A stretch of 64,000 nt of DNA, from positions 32,021-96,020 of IMG/VR virus record IMGVR_UViG_3300047471_000616; one strand, given 5' to 3'. Shown here piece by piece: positions 46,200-54,606 of the stretch (its first letter is position 1; every line of letters starts with the position of its first letter). The translations under genes and the position numbers were made by a program. Origin of the DNA: a virus. The notes below the pieces were generated by a model. The model was not told the origin of the DNA. It worked only from the letters and a program-made list of their open reading frames with translations, and made no database searches.

Positions 46200-47402
46200 T
46201 TACTCGCTCAGTTCCGCTATTGACTCGCGGAGGCTCTCAGCGACAGTCTTACCCTTCTTCCCCTTGACTGGCAAGGTGGGTGCACCGGGGGCATTACCGG
46301 TAAGCGAACCGGCCTGTGCCCTGCGCGCCTTGTTGGCTTGATCCTGCTGCGCTTTCTGCTCAGCCACTTGCTTTGCCTTTAGCTCAGCATCGGCCTTTTG
46401 GCGTTGATCGGCCAGGATTTTCTCACGGATCTCAGGCAGCGCCCACAGGGCCATGTCGTAGGCCCGGTCCAGGTCGGCCGCACCGTTGGGCAGCGGCGGC
46501 ACTTCCTGAGAAGCAATCAGGCGGGCCATGGTACGCCGTACTTCTTCAAAGTAGGGCTTACCCTTGGACCAGCTGGCCAGGATTTCCTCAGTCTTGGCCT
46601 GGGATTGCTGCTGGAAGCTGCTGCTCAGCTGACCAAGCTGGTCGGTGAAACCCTGCTTCAGACCCTGCAGTTCCTGACGCATTTCATCGATGTACTTCTG
46701 CACCCCAAGCGGGATTTCACCCGCTGGCTGTGCTTCGGTCCCTGGTTGCTGCACAGGCTGTTTCCCAGCCGCCTGCTTTTCCTGCCAGAGCTGGATCAGT
46801 TCTTGCGGGATCAACCCTGGGATGGAACGCAGGTCATACTTGAAGGACTGCGCCAGGGCCGGGAAAGCTACCTGCGGGTTGGCGCTGAGGGATTCAAACC
46901 AGGCGAACAGTTGATTGACGGCCTGTCCCGGTGTATGGCCGTGGCGGCGGATGACTTCCATCCTGGGCTGCAGAACCTGGTCAATTTCACTGTACTTTTT
47001 CTTCAGGTCCTCAACGCCCTTGGCCATGTCCACTTCGCGTTTGCTGACGGCAGCCTGGATCACGGGCGGCAGGTTTTCCCACTCAGCCTTGGCTTCCTTG
47101 GTCCAGCCTTCAGGGGCAGCAACTGCCGGTTCAGCAGCTGCTTCCTCAGCGGGGGCGGCTTCTTCACCTTCAACCGGGGCAGTCTCAGCGCCCTGCACTT
47201 CTTCACGGCGGGCGGTGCTGACGTACTTGCCTTTGGTCTTGGGTGGCGGTTCCTGCGCCTTGCGGGCCGTATCAACGCTTTTCTCAAGCTGCTTGCGCAG
47301 TTCACCACGGCCACTGCCAGGTCCATCCGCTGCCCGCTCATTCATGGGCGGCGGCGCTGCAGGTTCCGGTGCACCAGTTTCTACGTTCTGTTCTTCAGCC
47401 AC
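46200..47402 (-). CDS. scaffolding protein
   Basis: AP..W..EA..EW..LP, L..AY..A.W; Glu/Gln/Ala-rich; directly upstream of the MCP. Confidence 0.8.
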   Translation of the reverse strand: MAEEQNVETGAPEPAAPPPMNERAADGPGSGRGELRKQLEKSVDTARKAQEPPPKTKGKYVSTARREEVQGAETAPVEGEEAAPAEEAAAEPAVAAPEGWTKEAKAEWENLPPVIQAAVSKREVDMAKGVEDLKKKYSEIDQVLQPRMEVIRRHGHTPGQAVNQLFAWFESLSANPQVAFPALAQSFKYDLRSIPGLIPQELIQLWQEKQAAGKQPVQQPGTEAQPAGEIPLGVQKYIDEMRQELQGLKQGFTDQLGQLSSSFQQQSQAKTEEILASWSKGKPYFEEVRRTMARLIASQEVPPLPNGAADLDRAYDMALWALPEIREKILADQRQKADAELKAKQVAEQKAQQDQANKARRAQAGSLTGNAPGAPTLPVKGKKGKTVAESLRESIAELSE

Positions 47403-47440
47403 TGTACCAACTCCTCATTTGGGCGTGTTGTCAGGCCCGG

Positions 47441-47608
47441 TTAGTAACCACTACGAATCTTTCTCAACCAACCGAAAAAATCCAGAATAGATTTTTTGGC
47501 TGGCTTACCACTTTGCCTGATACTTCCATCCGGAAGTACCTCGACTGACGTATCATCTTCGCTGTGCAACAAAGCCTCAAGTTCTTCCACTGTTGTCCGT
47601 TTACGCAT
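47441..47608 (-). CDS. small hypothetical protein (55 aa, not in ORF track)
   Basis: MRKRTTVEELEALLHSEDDTSVEVLPDGSIRQ...; SD GAGGA; overlaps the upstream stop. Confidence 0.6.
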   Translation of the reverse strand: MRKRTTVEELEALLHSEDDTSVEVLPDGSIRQSGKPAKKSILDFFGWLRKIRSGY

Positions 47609-47903
47609 GGCCATTCCTCAGTTGGTAAATAGTTCTTTTGATGTCTTCGACCCGTTTCTCACGACTCAGCGGTACTGGTTTACGCGGGCGGGTGATGGCG
47701 GGGTCGTTGCCTACTTCTACGCAGCCCGCCGCTTTGGTTTCTGCCCTGAATGCCGCCTTTGAAGTGTGGTAGCGACCGGTGACCATATGTCGCGTCGGTT
47801 CCATTATATCGCTGATGACGTTCGGCGCGGCGCTACCACCCGCCAAAGGCGGGGCTAAGTGCTTTTCCACCAACTTCCCATTTCTGTACACGTACACTGA
47901 CAT
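47601..47903 (-). CDS. conserved small protein between portal and scaffold
   Basis: P.VISD.M.P..H..TG..HTSK..FR..TKA.GCVEVGN. Confidence 0.75.
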   Translation of the reverse strand: MSVYVYRNGKLVEKHLAPPLAGGSAAPNVISDIMEPTRHMVTGRYHTSKAAFRAETKAAGCVEVGNDPAITRPRKPVPLSREKRVEDIKRTIYQLRNGHA

Positions 47904-48008
47904 TGGCCTTGCCCTTTTTCTTCTTGAAAAACAACTCAATCATTCCAGGCCGATGATCACGATGTGGCGGAGGTCTGCGGCGTTTTCGGCCGCGTCTTAC
48001 CCTTTTCA

Positions 48009-50606
48009 TCATGCTGACTTTCCAGGTACCTGGTGTGCTGGTGCTGCCGCAGATGGCGGCGGCGGGGGCATCATTGCCATTTGCATCTCATGGTGTGCCT
48101 TGAATTTCTCAACCTGCCCTTTCAGCTCCTGAATTTGCATTTCCATTTCTTTCATCTTCAGGTCCATCTGCTTACTGGCCATGTCAGCCTGGTTCTCTTG
48201 CTGAGTATTCTGGTTTTCCATCTGCTGATTTTCTAGTTCAGCCTTGGCGGCAATGCCTTCACCCTGGGTTTTCATTTGGATAGCTTGGATCTGGGCGTCA
48301 GCCTTCTTACCCTCAATCTGCATCTTGGCTTGAATTGGGTCAGGCTGTGATGCTGCTTTCTGGGCAGCCTCCTGAGCAAACGCCTCGGCCTTTTCGGCAA
48401 ATTCCTCAATGGCCATTTCCAGGTCACGGCCAACACGATAGCCGCGCACGCCAAAAGTCAGAAGTTTGCCCAGCAAGGGAACCAGCGGCGGCAGCTGTGC
48501 ACCCAGCGGCAGCGCCTGCACCAAGAAACCGGTGACGCTGGTCATGAACTCAGTGCGGTCCTGCTTTTCTTGGGCGGCGTCAGCGAAGATTGTACTGTCG
48601 ACTTCAATGTCCACCCTGAAGCCGCGCAGCCGTTCATCACGTATCAGGTCCAGCGCCTTGGCAATGGCCTGTAGGGCGCAGAGCTTGCGCTGAAGCTCTG
48701 GGTCCATGGGTGGCAGCATGCCCGCACCAGGAGCCATTTGTGGCCCGCCTGGAGGCATCCCAGGCATACCCTGCCCTCCAGGCGGTGGGGCACCGGGCAT
48801 TTGTGGCCGCAATGGTACGACATTTGAGCCGGGGGGTGGCCCAGGAATGACACCAGGGGGCGCAGCGGATGAGGGGGAGCGCGCGCCCCCTGGCGCTGAC
48901 TGCCCCATGGATGTGGCAGGTGCCTGACTGGGAGGAGTCAGAGGCCCTTGGCCGGGGGCAGCAGGTGGTTGGTTCAGGGCCGACAAAGACGGCATATCGT
49001 CCTTGCACAACCCCTCTTCGTACAGCGCACCGCTGGCCTCAATCAGCGACTGCGGGGAAAAATGCTGGGCCATGATGTCGGCCATGATCCGCACAGTGTC
49101 ACGGGCAAACCGGGCTACTTCGTTCTGCCGGTGGGTAAGCCGGGTGCCAGTATTGTTGGATTTCAGCCTGACCCCACCCAGGGTTTCCCTGGCATCGCTG
49201 GTGCCACGCAAAATGTCGTTGATCCCGGTCAACCGGTCCATTTCTTCAATTTGCTTTTGCTTGACCATCATCAGTTCGTTGATGACGTCCTTGATCACCT
49301 GCACCGGCATCAGCGACCAGTTGCCTTCCACGCCGCCCTTTTCGGCGAAAGCCGCCCAATCGTCCACCGGTATCAGTTCGTTCTCAATGCTTTCATTGAA
49401 AAGGCGCTGAATATCCTTGGCTGCCGCATTGTAGACACCACACATCTTGCAGGCTTTGGTGAGCATGGCGATGCGCTGGGTCAGTTCGTCAACCTGAATG
49501 GCCTGATCCTGGTACTGAATGAAATCAGGAACCGGGATCAGGGTGTTGTTGCTGGGGTTGGCGTACAGCGGGCGTGGCGTGGGGTAGAAGAACTCAAGCT
49601 GGAGCGGGTCCTCCTTGCGGTCACACAGGTGATCGTAGCCCATAGCTACCCAGTACAGGCATTTGTCGGTCTTGGACCAGATTTCGTACACTTGCCCTTT
49701 ATCTTCGTCGGCCGACTGCAGCATGGTGTTCTGCACGCGGTCACCCCTGGTGTCCTTTTCCAGCGGGATGCCCTTGCCAACAACCGAACCGAACCGGCGC
49801 TTCATTTGGTCCCGCGACATGTACACGCGCTTGCCAATACCCGTAACTTCGGTCCAGTTCCTGGCGCGCACCGGGAAGGTGAAGAAGTCACACCATTCAA
49901 CGAAGTCAACCGGAGTGCTCTCTCGAATAACCCTATCCCCGGTGGCTTCCAGCTTTTCCTCTTCCGGAGTCTGTTCCGCGGACTGGTCGTCATCAATTTC
50001 CTGCTTGACTTCTTCATGGTTGATCAGCCGGGGGCGAGTACGCCCGCCAGGGGTGGTGGTCTGTGTCTCTTGTTCGGTTGGCGGGGTGTGGCGGCCCGGC
50101 AGCTCCCCCTGCGTATCCCGCATGTCGGTCTGTGACTCGGGCGGCAGGGAAACGCCTTCCTCAATCTCAGGCTCATAGCGCACCCAAACCGTACCCCGGC
50201 CAGGGAGCAAGTAGTCGGTAACCGCTGCGTTGAGGGCGTCATGGAACCCGCAAATCTCAATTTCATTGCGTAGCGCCCGCTCCAGGATCTGCGCGGCAGT
50301 GCGGCCAGCCGGGTCAGGGTCCTTGAACCTTCTTTCGGCAATGGGAAGCGGGGTTTTGCCGTACAGTGCCGGTTTCAAGATTTCAATATTGGACCACAAG
50401 GCGTTGTAGCGGCGCTGGCCTTCCTCGTCAGTACGGTTGCGTTCGTCACGGTAGCGTTTGACAATGGTTTCGCCACGCTTGACCCAATGCTTGTGCTGGC
50501 TGTTGTCCTTGACGTAGTTGATCTGATCCAGCCAAAACTTGGCCAGGCGTCGGCTTTCATCGCCGCCATCAGGTCCAGCTAGTTCGTCAAGTTGGACAGC
50601 CATCAA
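48009..50606 (-). CDS. portal protein
   Basis: YNALWSN...L.PALY, ERRF.D.DP, L.P.PDF..YQDQ, TGI.DI.RG, F..DIE.DST; follows TerL. Confidence 0.88.
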   Translation of the reverse strand: MMAVQLDELAGPDGGDESRRLAKFWLDQINYVKDNSQHKHWVKRGETIVKRYRDERNRTDEEGQRRYNALWSNIEILKPALYGKTPLPIAERRFKDPDPAGRTAAQILERALRNEIEICGFHDALNAAVTDYLLPGRGTVWVRYEPEIEEGVSLPPESQTDMRDTQGELPGRHTPPTEQETQTTTPGGRTRPRLINHEEVKQEIDDDQSAEQTPEEEKLEATGDRVIRESTPVDFVEWCDFFTFPVRARNWTEVTGIGKRVYMSRDQMKRRFGSVVGKGIPLEKDTRGDRVQNTMLQSADEDKGQVYEIWSKTDKCLYWVAMGYDHLCDRKEDPLQLEFFYPTPRPLYANPSNNTLIPVPDFIQYQDQAIQVDELTQRIAMLTKACKMCGVYNAAAKDIQRLFNESIENELIPVDDWAAFAEKGGVEGNWSLMPVQVIKDVINELMMVKQKQIEEMDRLTGINDILRGTSDARETLGGVRLKSNNTGTRLTHRQNEVARFARDTVRIMADIMAQHFSPQSLIEASGALYEEGLCKDDMPSLSALNQPPAAPGQGPLTPPSQAPATSMGQSAPGGARSPSSAAPPGVIPGPPPGSNVVPLRPQMPGAPPPGGQGMPGMPPGGPQMAPGAGMLPPMDPELQRKLCALQAIAKALDLIRDERLRGFRVDIEVDSTIFADAAQEKQDRTEFMTSVTGFLVQALPLGAQLPPLVPLLGKLLTFGVRGYRVGRDLEMAIEEFAEKAEAFAQEAAQKAASQPDPIQAKMQIEGKKADAQIQAIQMKTQGEGIAAKAELENQQMENQNTQQENQADMASKQMDLKMKEMEMQIQELKGQVEKFKAHHEMQMAMMPPPPPSAAAPAHQVPGKSA

Positions 50607-52276
50607 TGGATCCTAGAAACGTGGTATTTCCCACGGTGTTCGTTGGCTTCAAACAGGTCGTTCAAAGTCACGGTGCAGGTCAACGGATCAGTTGAAAGTA
50701 CCTTTGGCTTCTCAGGCTCTTTAGGTGCTGCCCGGCCTGAAACCATCTTATCCAAGACCTGGCCAATCAAGCCAATGGCATCAACCTGGTCGTCGTGCTT
50801 ACCCGCAGGAAACGTCATCAATTCACGCCTGAATTCCGGGTACCAGGGGGCGTGAATGGGCACATACAGGCCGTCCATAGCCATTCTGCCCCTGATGGAC
50901 TGTGCCCGCACCGCCTTGTCACCACGGGTAGGAAACTGGGCACGGGCTATGTAAAGGTGCCGTTCCCTCAGGCGCTTGGTCAGGAACGGCCCGACACCCG
51001 ACTTGACCTGCCCAGTTTCTTCCGCCCACCCCAGTGGCCGCCACTGCGCGACCATGTTGCACAGGGCCTCAACCCACTTGTCGGAAGTTGCTTGTTTGCG
51101 CCACAGGTCAAGAAGAAACACGCGGTTATTTGGGTCAATCCCCACCACCACATGCACAGTGTAGTCGCCGCCTTCGCTGGTTACGGCATAGTCACTGGCA
51201 CCGTAGACGTGCATTTCGTCCCGTTTGGGGACGGTCACTGCACCTGGAGGGTCGGAAAGCCTTGAATATGGCCGTAGCCATTCGGCGTCAAAGTAGTCAC
51301 CTGTATCGGGTGCGGGTCGCTGCTGAAATAGAGCGGACCAAGAACGCGCGTTTCGACGAAAAGGTGCAAAATGTTGTTCGGTAAACCACTCTGGCCATAG
51401 TATCTCACCGGGTTTCCGGCGTAGGGGGTCGTCGTCACGTTCAGCGACTGCGGGTAGGCAAACCACATACCAATCATTGCCATCTTGTCCTTTGATCATG
51501 CCGGATTCGCCATTGTAGTCAGCAGGCAAAATACGTCCAGCAGGGTCGTCCTCATGCCAGCGGGTGATGATCCCAACTTCCCAGGTAGTAGGCTTGCGGC
51601 GGGTTTGCAGGTCGTCCATATAGGCGTCCCAAACCTTATCCCGCTGCACCTTGCTGTCTGCAGCCTCACGGCCCTTGATCAGATCGTCCCAAATAATGCC
51701 GTCAACACGGTTGCCGGTGATACCGGTCAGGATACCAGCTGCCATCCATTCACTGCCGTTGGTGAGCGCCCATTCGTCAACGGCTGAAGAAGTTTCACTC
51801 AGTGTCGCGTCAAAGATTCGTCGGTATATTGGCTGAGTGACGATTGAACGTGCACGGCGTCCAAATTTCTTCGGGAGATCAGAGGCGTAACTCGCAATAA
51901 TGACTGATCGCTTGGGGAAACGTCCCAGAAAATGGGTTGGAAATACCACACTGGAGTAAATGCTTTTGCCGCTTCCAGGTGGCATAAGGCCCATAAGACG
52001 TGTAATTTCCCCATCCTCAATCTTCTGGAGGCACTCAAGCCACAGCAAATGGTGAGCGCCAAACGCCTTTGTGTTCGGGACGAACTTCTGTTTTTCATCA
52101 TCTTGGTCAATTGAGTGGGGTGCCGTCGGGATCTCGATCGAGCTTGCGTAAGTCAATAAGTGGTTCCTGGCGCGCAGGCGCTTTTGGCGCTCCTCGCGTA
52201 AGGCTCTCAATTCGGTCGAGAGCCTTGTCAATTCTGGTGTCAAGCTCTTTCTGTGAGATGTCGGTTGCTTTGCCAT
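50603..52276 (-). CDS. terL: terminase large subunit
   Basis: MPPGSGKS, GITG.R.D..IWDD.IKGRE.ADS, TRWHEDD, QQRP, D.A...DY, FP.G.HDDQVDA. Start uncertain (52276 ATG or 52243 TTG). Confidence 0.93.
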   Translation of the reverse strand: MAKQPTSHRKSLTPELTRLSTELRALREERQKRLRARNHLLTYASSIEIPTAPHSIDQDDEKQKFVPNTKAFGAHHLLWLECLQKIEDGEITRLMGLMPPGSGKSIYSSVVFPTHFLGRFPKRSVIIASYASDLPKKFGRRARSIVTQPIYRRIFDATLSETSSAVDEWALTNGSEWMAAGILTGITGNRVDGIIWDDLIKGREAADSKVQRDKVWDAYMDDLQTRRKPTTWEVGIITRWHEDDPAGRILPADYNGESGMIKGQDGNDWYVVCLPAVAERDDDPLRRKPGEILWPEWFTEQHFAPFRRNARSWSALFQQRPAPDTGDYFDAEWLRPYSRLSDPPGAVTVPKRDEMHVYGASDYAVTSEGGDYTVHVVVGIDPNNRVFLLDLWRKQATSDKWVEALCNMVAQWRPLGWAEETGQVKSGVGPFLTKRLRERHLYIARAQFPTRGDKAVRAQSIRGRMAMDGLYVPIHAPWYPEFRRELMTFPAGKHDDQVDAIGLIGQVLDKMVSGRAAPKEPEKPKVLSTDPLTCTVTLNDLFEANEHRGKYHVSRIH

Positions 52277-52706
52277 TGGCGTCCAGGTGTGCGTTGATGT
52301 TGGTCTGATTGGCCTTGCCGTAGGCGCGATCAAAGAGCAGCGCGGCAGCAGCAAGCGCAGCGGTTTCGTTGGGTGAAGTCTTTGCAATTTCGGCTACCCG
52401 CCGCATGGCCGCATCAGCGTTCTTGCGGGCAAGTTCCTGGATCTCCCGCGATTCTTTGGCCACGGTTTCCTGCAGCCTGAGCCGCTTGCGTTTGACTTTC
52501 GTATGGCTTGGTTTCATCACGACCTTTACCCCTTGACGTTTAAGGGACTGCAGATGCCAGAATTTGTACATGCCCCGCATGCGCTTCACGTGCGCCTCGG
52601 GCGACATTTGCCCAGGTGTTGGGGGGCCAGCAGGGGTTGGTATAGTAGTAACTGGTACTCTGCCGGGCAAAGATACCTTTAGTCTTGGACGTACAATCGG
52701 CACCAT
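52107..52706 (-). CDS. probable terminase small subunit
   Basis: ELAR...AA...LAAA..LFDRAYGKA.Q helical motif; directly upstream of and overlapping terL. Confidence 0.65.
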   Translation of the reverse strand: MVPIVRPRLKVSLPGRVPVTTIPTPAGPPTPGQMSPEAHVKRMRGMYKFWHLQSLKRQGVKVVMKPSHTKVKRKRLRLQETVAKESREIQELARKNADAAMRRVAEIAKTSPNETAALAAAALLFDRAYGKANQTNINAHLDANGKATDISQKELDTRIDKALDRIESLTRGAPKAPARQEPLIDLRKLDRDPDGTPLN

Positions 52707-53380
52707 TTCTTTGGCTCTATGTAACCTTTGACTTTTTCGCAGCTGTGCGGGTCAATGAAATGTTTACAGGCACATCTTGGCCACCGTGGTGTCCAGCCGC
52801 AGTGCGAACCTGAGTGGCCGTCGCTGTAATCAACGTCCTTTTTGTCCTGTTTTTCCTTGCCATTCCCCATAGCCTTTTCCATCCTGGCAATCAATCCTCT
52901 ATTGACCGGCGGGGCGTAGTAAGGCTGCATGTCCAGGTTGGCAGGCACTTTCTTCAGGGCCTCGTGTTCATCAGCTTTGATGAATGGCTTGAGGGCGTCG
53001 TTATAGGGGTTCCAGAACAAACCGGCTGAGATGACACCCCGCCGCTCATAACCAGTAGCGGCTTGGTGTGCGTCGGCATAGGACCAACCGCAAGCGTCCA
53101 TTACTGCCTTCTCAAACCGTTCGTGCATGGTGAGGAACCTGGATGCGTCAAAAGTCTTCTTGTGTCCGTCTTCTTCAATGGTCAGTTCCTCAGGAAAGTG
53201 ACGGTCTATGTAAATAGTTTCCCCATTCTCTGAGTAGCCACTGAGGTAAGGCAGGTCGTAGTCGCAGTTAATGTCCTGAACCCGATAAAGTAATTTGGTC
53301 ACCTCAGGGTTCTTCAGCAGCCGGTCAATGACCTGGCTGGCCTGGCCACTCCCTTCATTATGGTCGTGTCCACAGGACAT
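52679..53380 (-). CDS. HExxE-motif protein with C-terminal HiPIP-like Cys domain
   Basis: FLTMHERFEK...AH..A...E; C-terminal VDYSD...C...CKHF..P.SC..VKG.I.P..WC..Y. Confidence 0.6.
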   Translation of the reverse strand: MSCGHDHNEGSGQASQVIDRLLKNPEVTKLLYRVQDINCDYDLPYLSGYSENGETIYIDRHFPEELTIEEDGHKKTFDASRFLTMHERFEKAVMDACGWSYADAHQAATGYERRGVISAGLFWNPYNDALKPFIKADEHEALKKVPANLDMQPYYAPPVNRGLIARMEKAMGNGKEKQDKKDVDYSDGHSGSHCGWTPRWPRCACKHFIDPHSCEKVKGYIEPKKWCRLYVQD

Positions 53381-53664
53381 TACAGTTTCTTACCTGTTTT
53401 CGGCACGCCCACCTTGTGCGCATGGGGTACGCCAGACAGCCTGAGTGCCCCCTCTATCTGATGGGCTTTGTGACCGAAGCCATGAGCCTTGGGGTGTGGC
53501 TGCCTTAGAACCGGCCCCAGGGCGTGAGTACGGCCTGGGTGCAGGGGCACCGAAGTAGGCTTGAACACGCCAGGGGTCTGTACCTTACCCACGGGGTTTT
53601 CCCCGGCCACTTTCTTGGCCGGGACTGCAGGCTCAGAAGCGTAAAACGGCTTCTTACTTGCCAC
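53380..53664 (-). CDS. small basic His-rich protein
   Basis: Likely GTG start 53664 overlapping the upstream stop; C-terminal motif shared with 53654..54478. Confidence 0.6.
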   Translation of the reverse strand: MASKKPFYASEPAVPAKKVAGENPVGKVQTPGVFKPTSVPLHPGRTHALGPVLRQPHPKAHGFGHKAHQIEGALRLSGVPHAHKVGVPKTGKKL

Positions 53665-54478
53665 GATGGCCCACCCGGTGGGCACCTGAATGGCCAGACA
53701 TGCGCAGGACACCTTTACGCTGACCACCTGCATGTCCGTAGCCATGTGCCATGTTTGCAGCCGGTGGTCGGAAGCTGTGGGCTACCCCACCAAAATTCTG
53801 TCCTACGTGGTGTTCGGCAATGTCGGTGCGGCCAGCACCCAGGCTCTTGCCCTGAGGCTGGCTGTGGTTCCCAGGAGCTGGCCCCTTTTCCTGCAGTTCG
53901 CTGCCGCCCCGGTCAGCCGGGCCGTTATTCGCAACTTCGCCATGGTGCTTGCCCATACCTGAGCCTCCTTTTCCATGATGTTCAGTCAGTTCTGCGTCGT
54001 AGCTTTGGTTTGGCCTGTGGCCAGTAAATGTAGGAGCGTTGCCAATGGATTTGCCACGCGGCTGCTTGGCATGCGCCCCGGCGTTGTACTCACCATACGG
54101 CGGCTTCCCTTCACGCTTGAAGCCAGGGTTCCCTGGGAAGTGGCCGCTGCGGTCATAGCTGCCACCACCGCCATGTTTCACCGAATCCTCCTTCTTCAGG
54201 AATTTGGTATTTCTGGACTCAGTGCTTGCTCCGCCAAGAGCTGCCTTACCCATGGCATTGTCACGCTTTGCCCTGGACGCACCATATTTCTTGCCTTTGT
54301 CGGCGGCATGAAACTCTTTGGCCACCTTCTTAGGGATACCGGCTGCTTCACCAGTTGGTTGCCAGCCATGAGCAATGGCAGACATAGTCTTGGCTTGCTT
54401 GACACTGTGTGACGGCATTTTCGCTCTCCTGTTTCTGAGCGTGGTCGTGGCTAGTTCAGTCAGTCCGGGGCTGGGCAT
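53654..54478 (-). CDS. Gly/His/Lys-rich protein with MCP-like leader; second start at 54418
   Basis: MPSHSVKQAKTM.A.AH...GIP..VAKEF..ADK motif seen in phage pre-terminase proteins; SD AGGAGA before 54418. Confidence 0.7.
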   Translation of the reverse strand: MPSPGLTELATTTLRNRRAKMPSHSVKQAKTMSAIAHGWQPTGEAAGIPKKVAKEFHAADKGKKYGASRAKRDNAMGKAALGGASTESRNTKFLKKEDSVKHGGGGSYDRSGHFPGNPGFKREGKPPYGEYNAGAHAKQPRGKSIGNAPTFTGHRPNQSYDAELTEHHGKGGSGMGKHHGEVANNGPADRGGSELQEKGPAPGNHSQPQGKSLGAGRTDIAEHHVGQNFGGVAHSFRPPAANMAHGYGHAGGQRKGVLRMSGHSGAHRVGHRGK

Positions 54479-54480
54479 GA

Positions 54481-54606
54481 CTAGGAATTCTTCAATTGGC
54501 CCAGCGTAACGAAGAAGGGCAGGTTGTGCGGCTGTTCAGTGCCGCCGCCAGGTGGAGTGACACCGCCAGGATGGAAAAGCGTGCCCACCATGAGAAGTAT
54601 CGTCAT
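54481..54606 (-). CDS. 41-aa peptide
   Basis: ATGA overlap with the GT41 stop; MTILLMVGTLFHPGG...LPFFVTLGQLKNS. Confidence 0.5.
   Translation of the reverse strand: MTILLMVGTLFHPGGVTPPGGGTEQPHNLPFFVTLGQLKNS

Noticed and set aside
47475-47497. Palindrome AAAAAATC-N7-GATTTTTT as an operator
   Set aside because: Lies inside a coupled 55-aa ORF and no second copy was seen; cannot be supported.
43745-50135. Long + strand ORFs (43745..44701, 46398..47444, 48948..50135; also 34243..35193 and 24243..25025)
   Set aside because: Antisense shadows of motif-supported - strand genes; no SD or recognisable domains.
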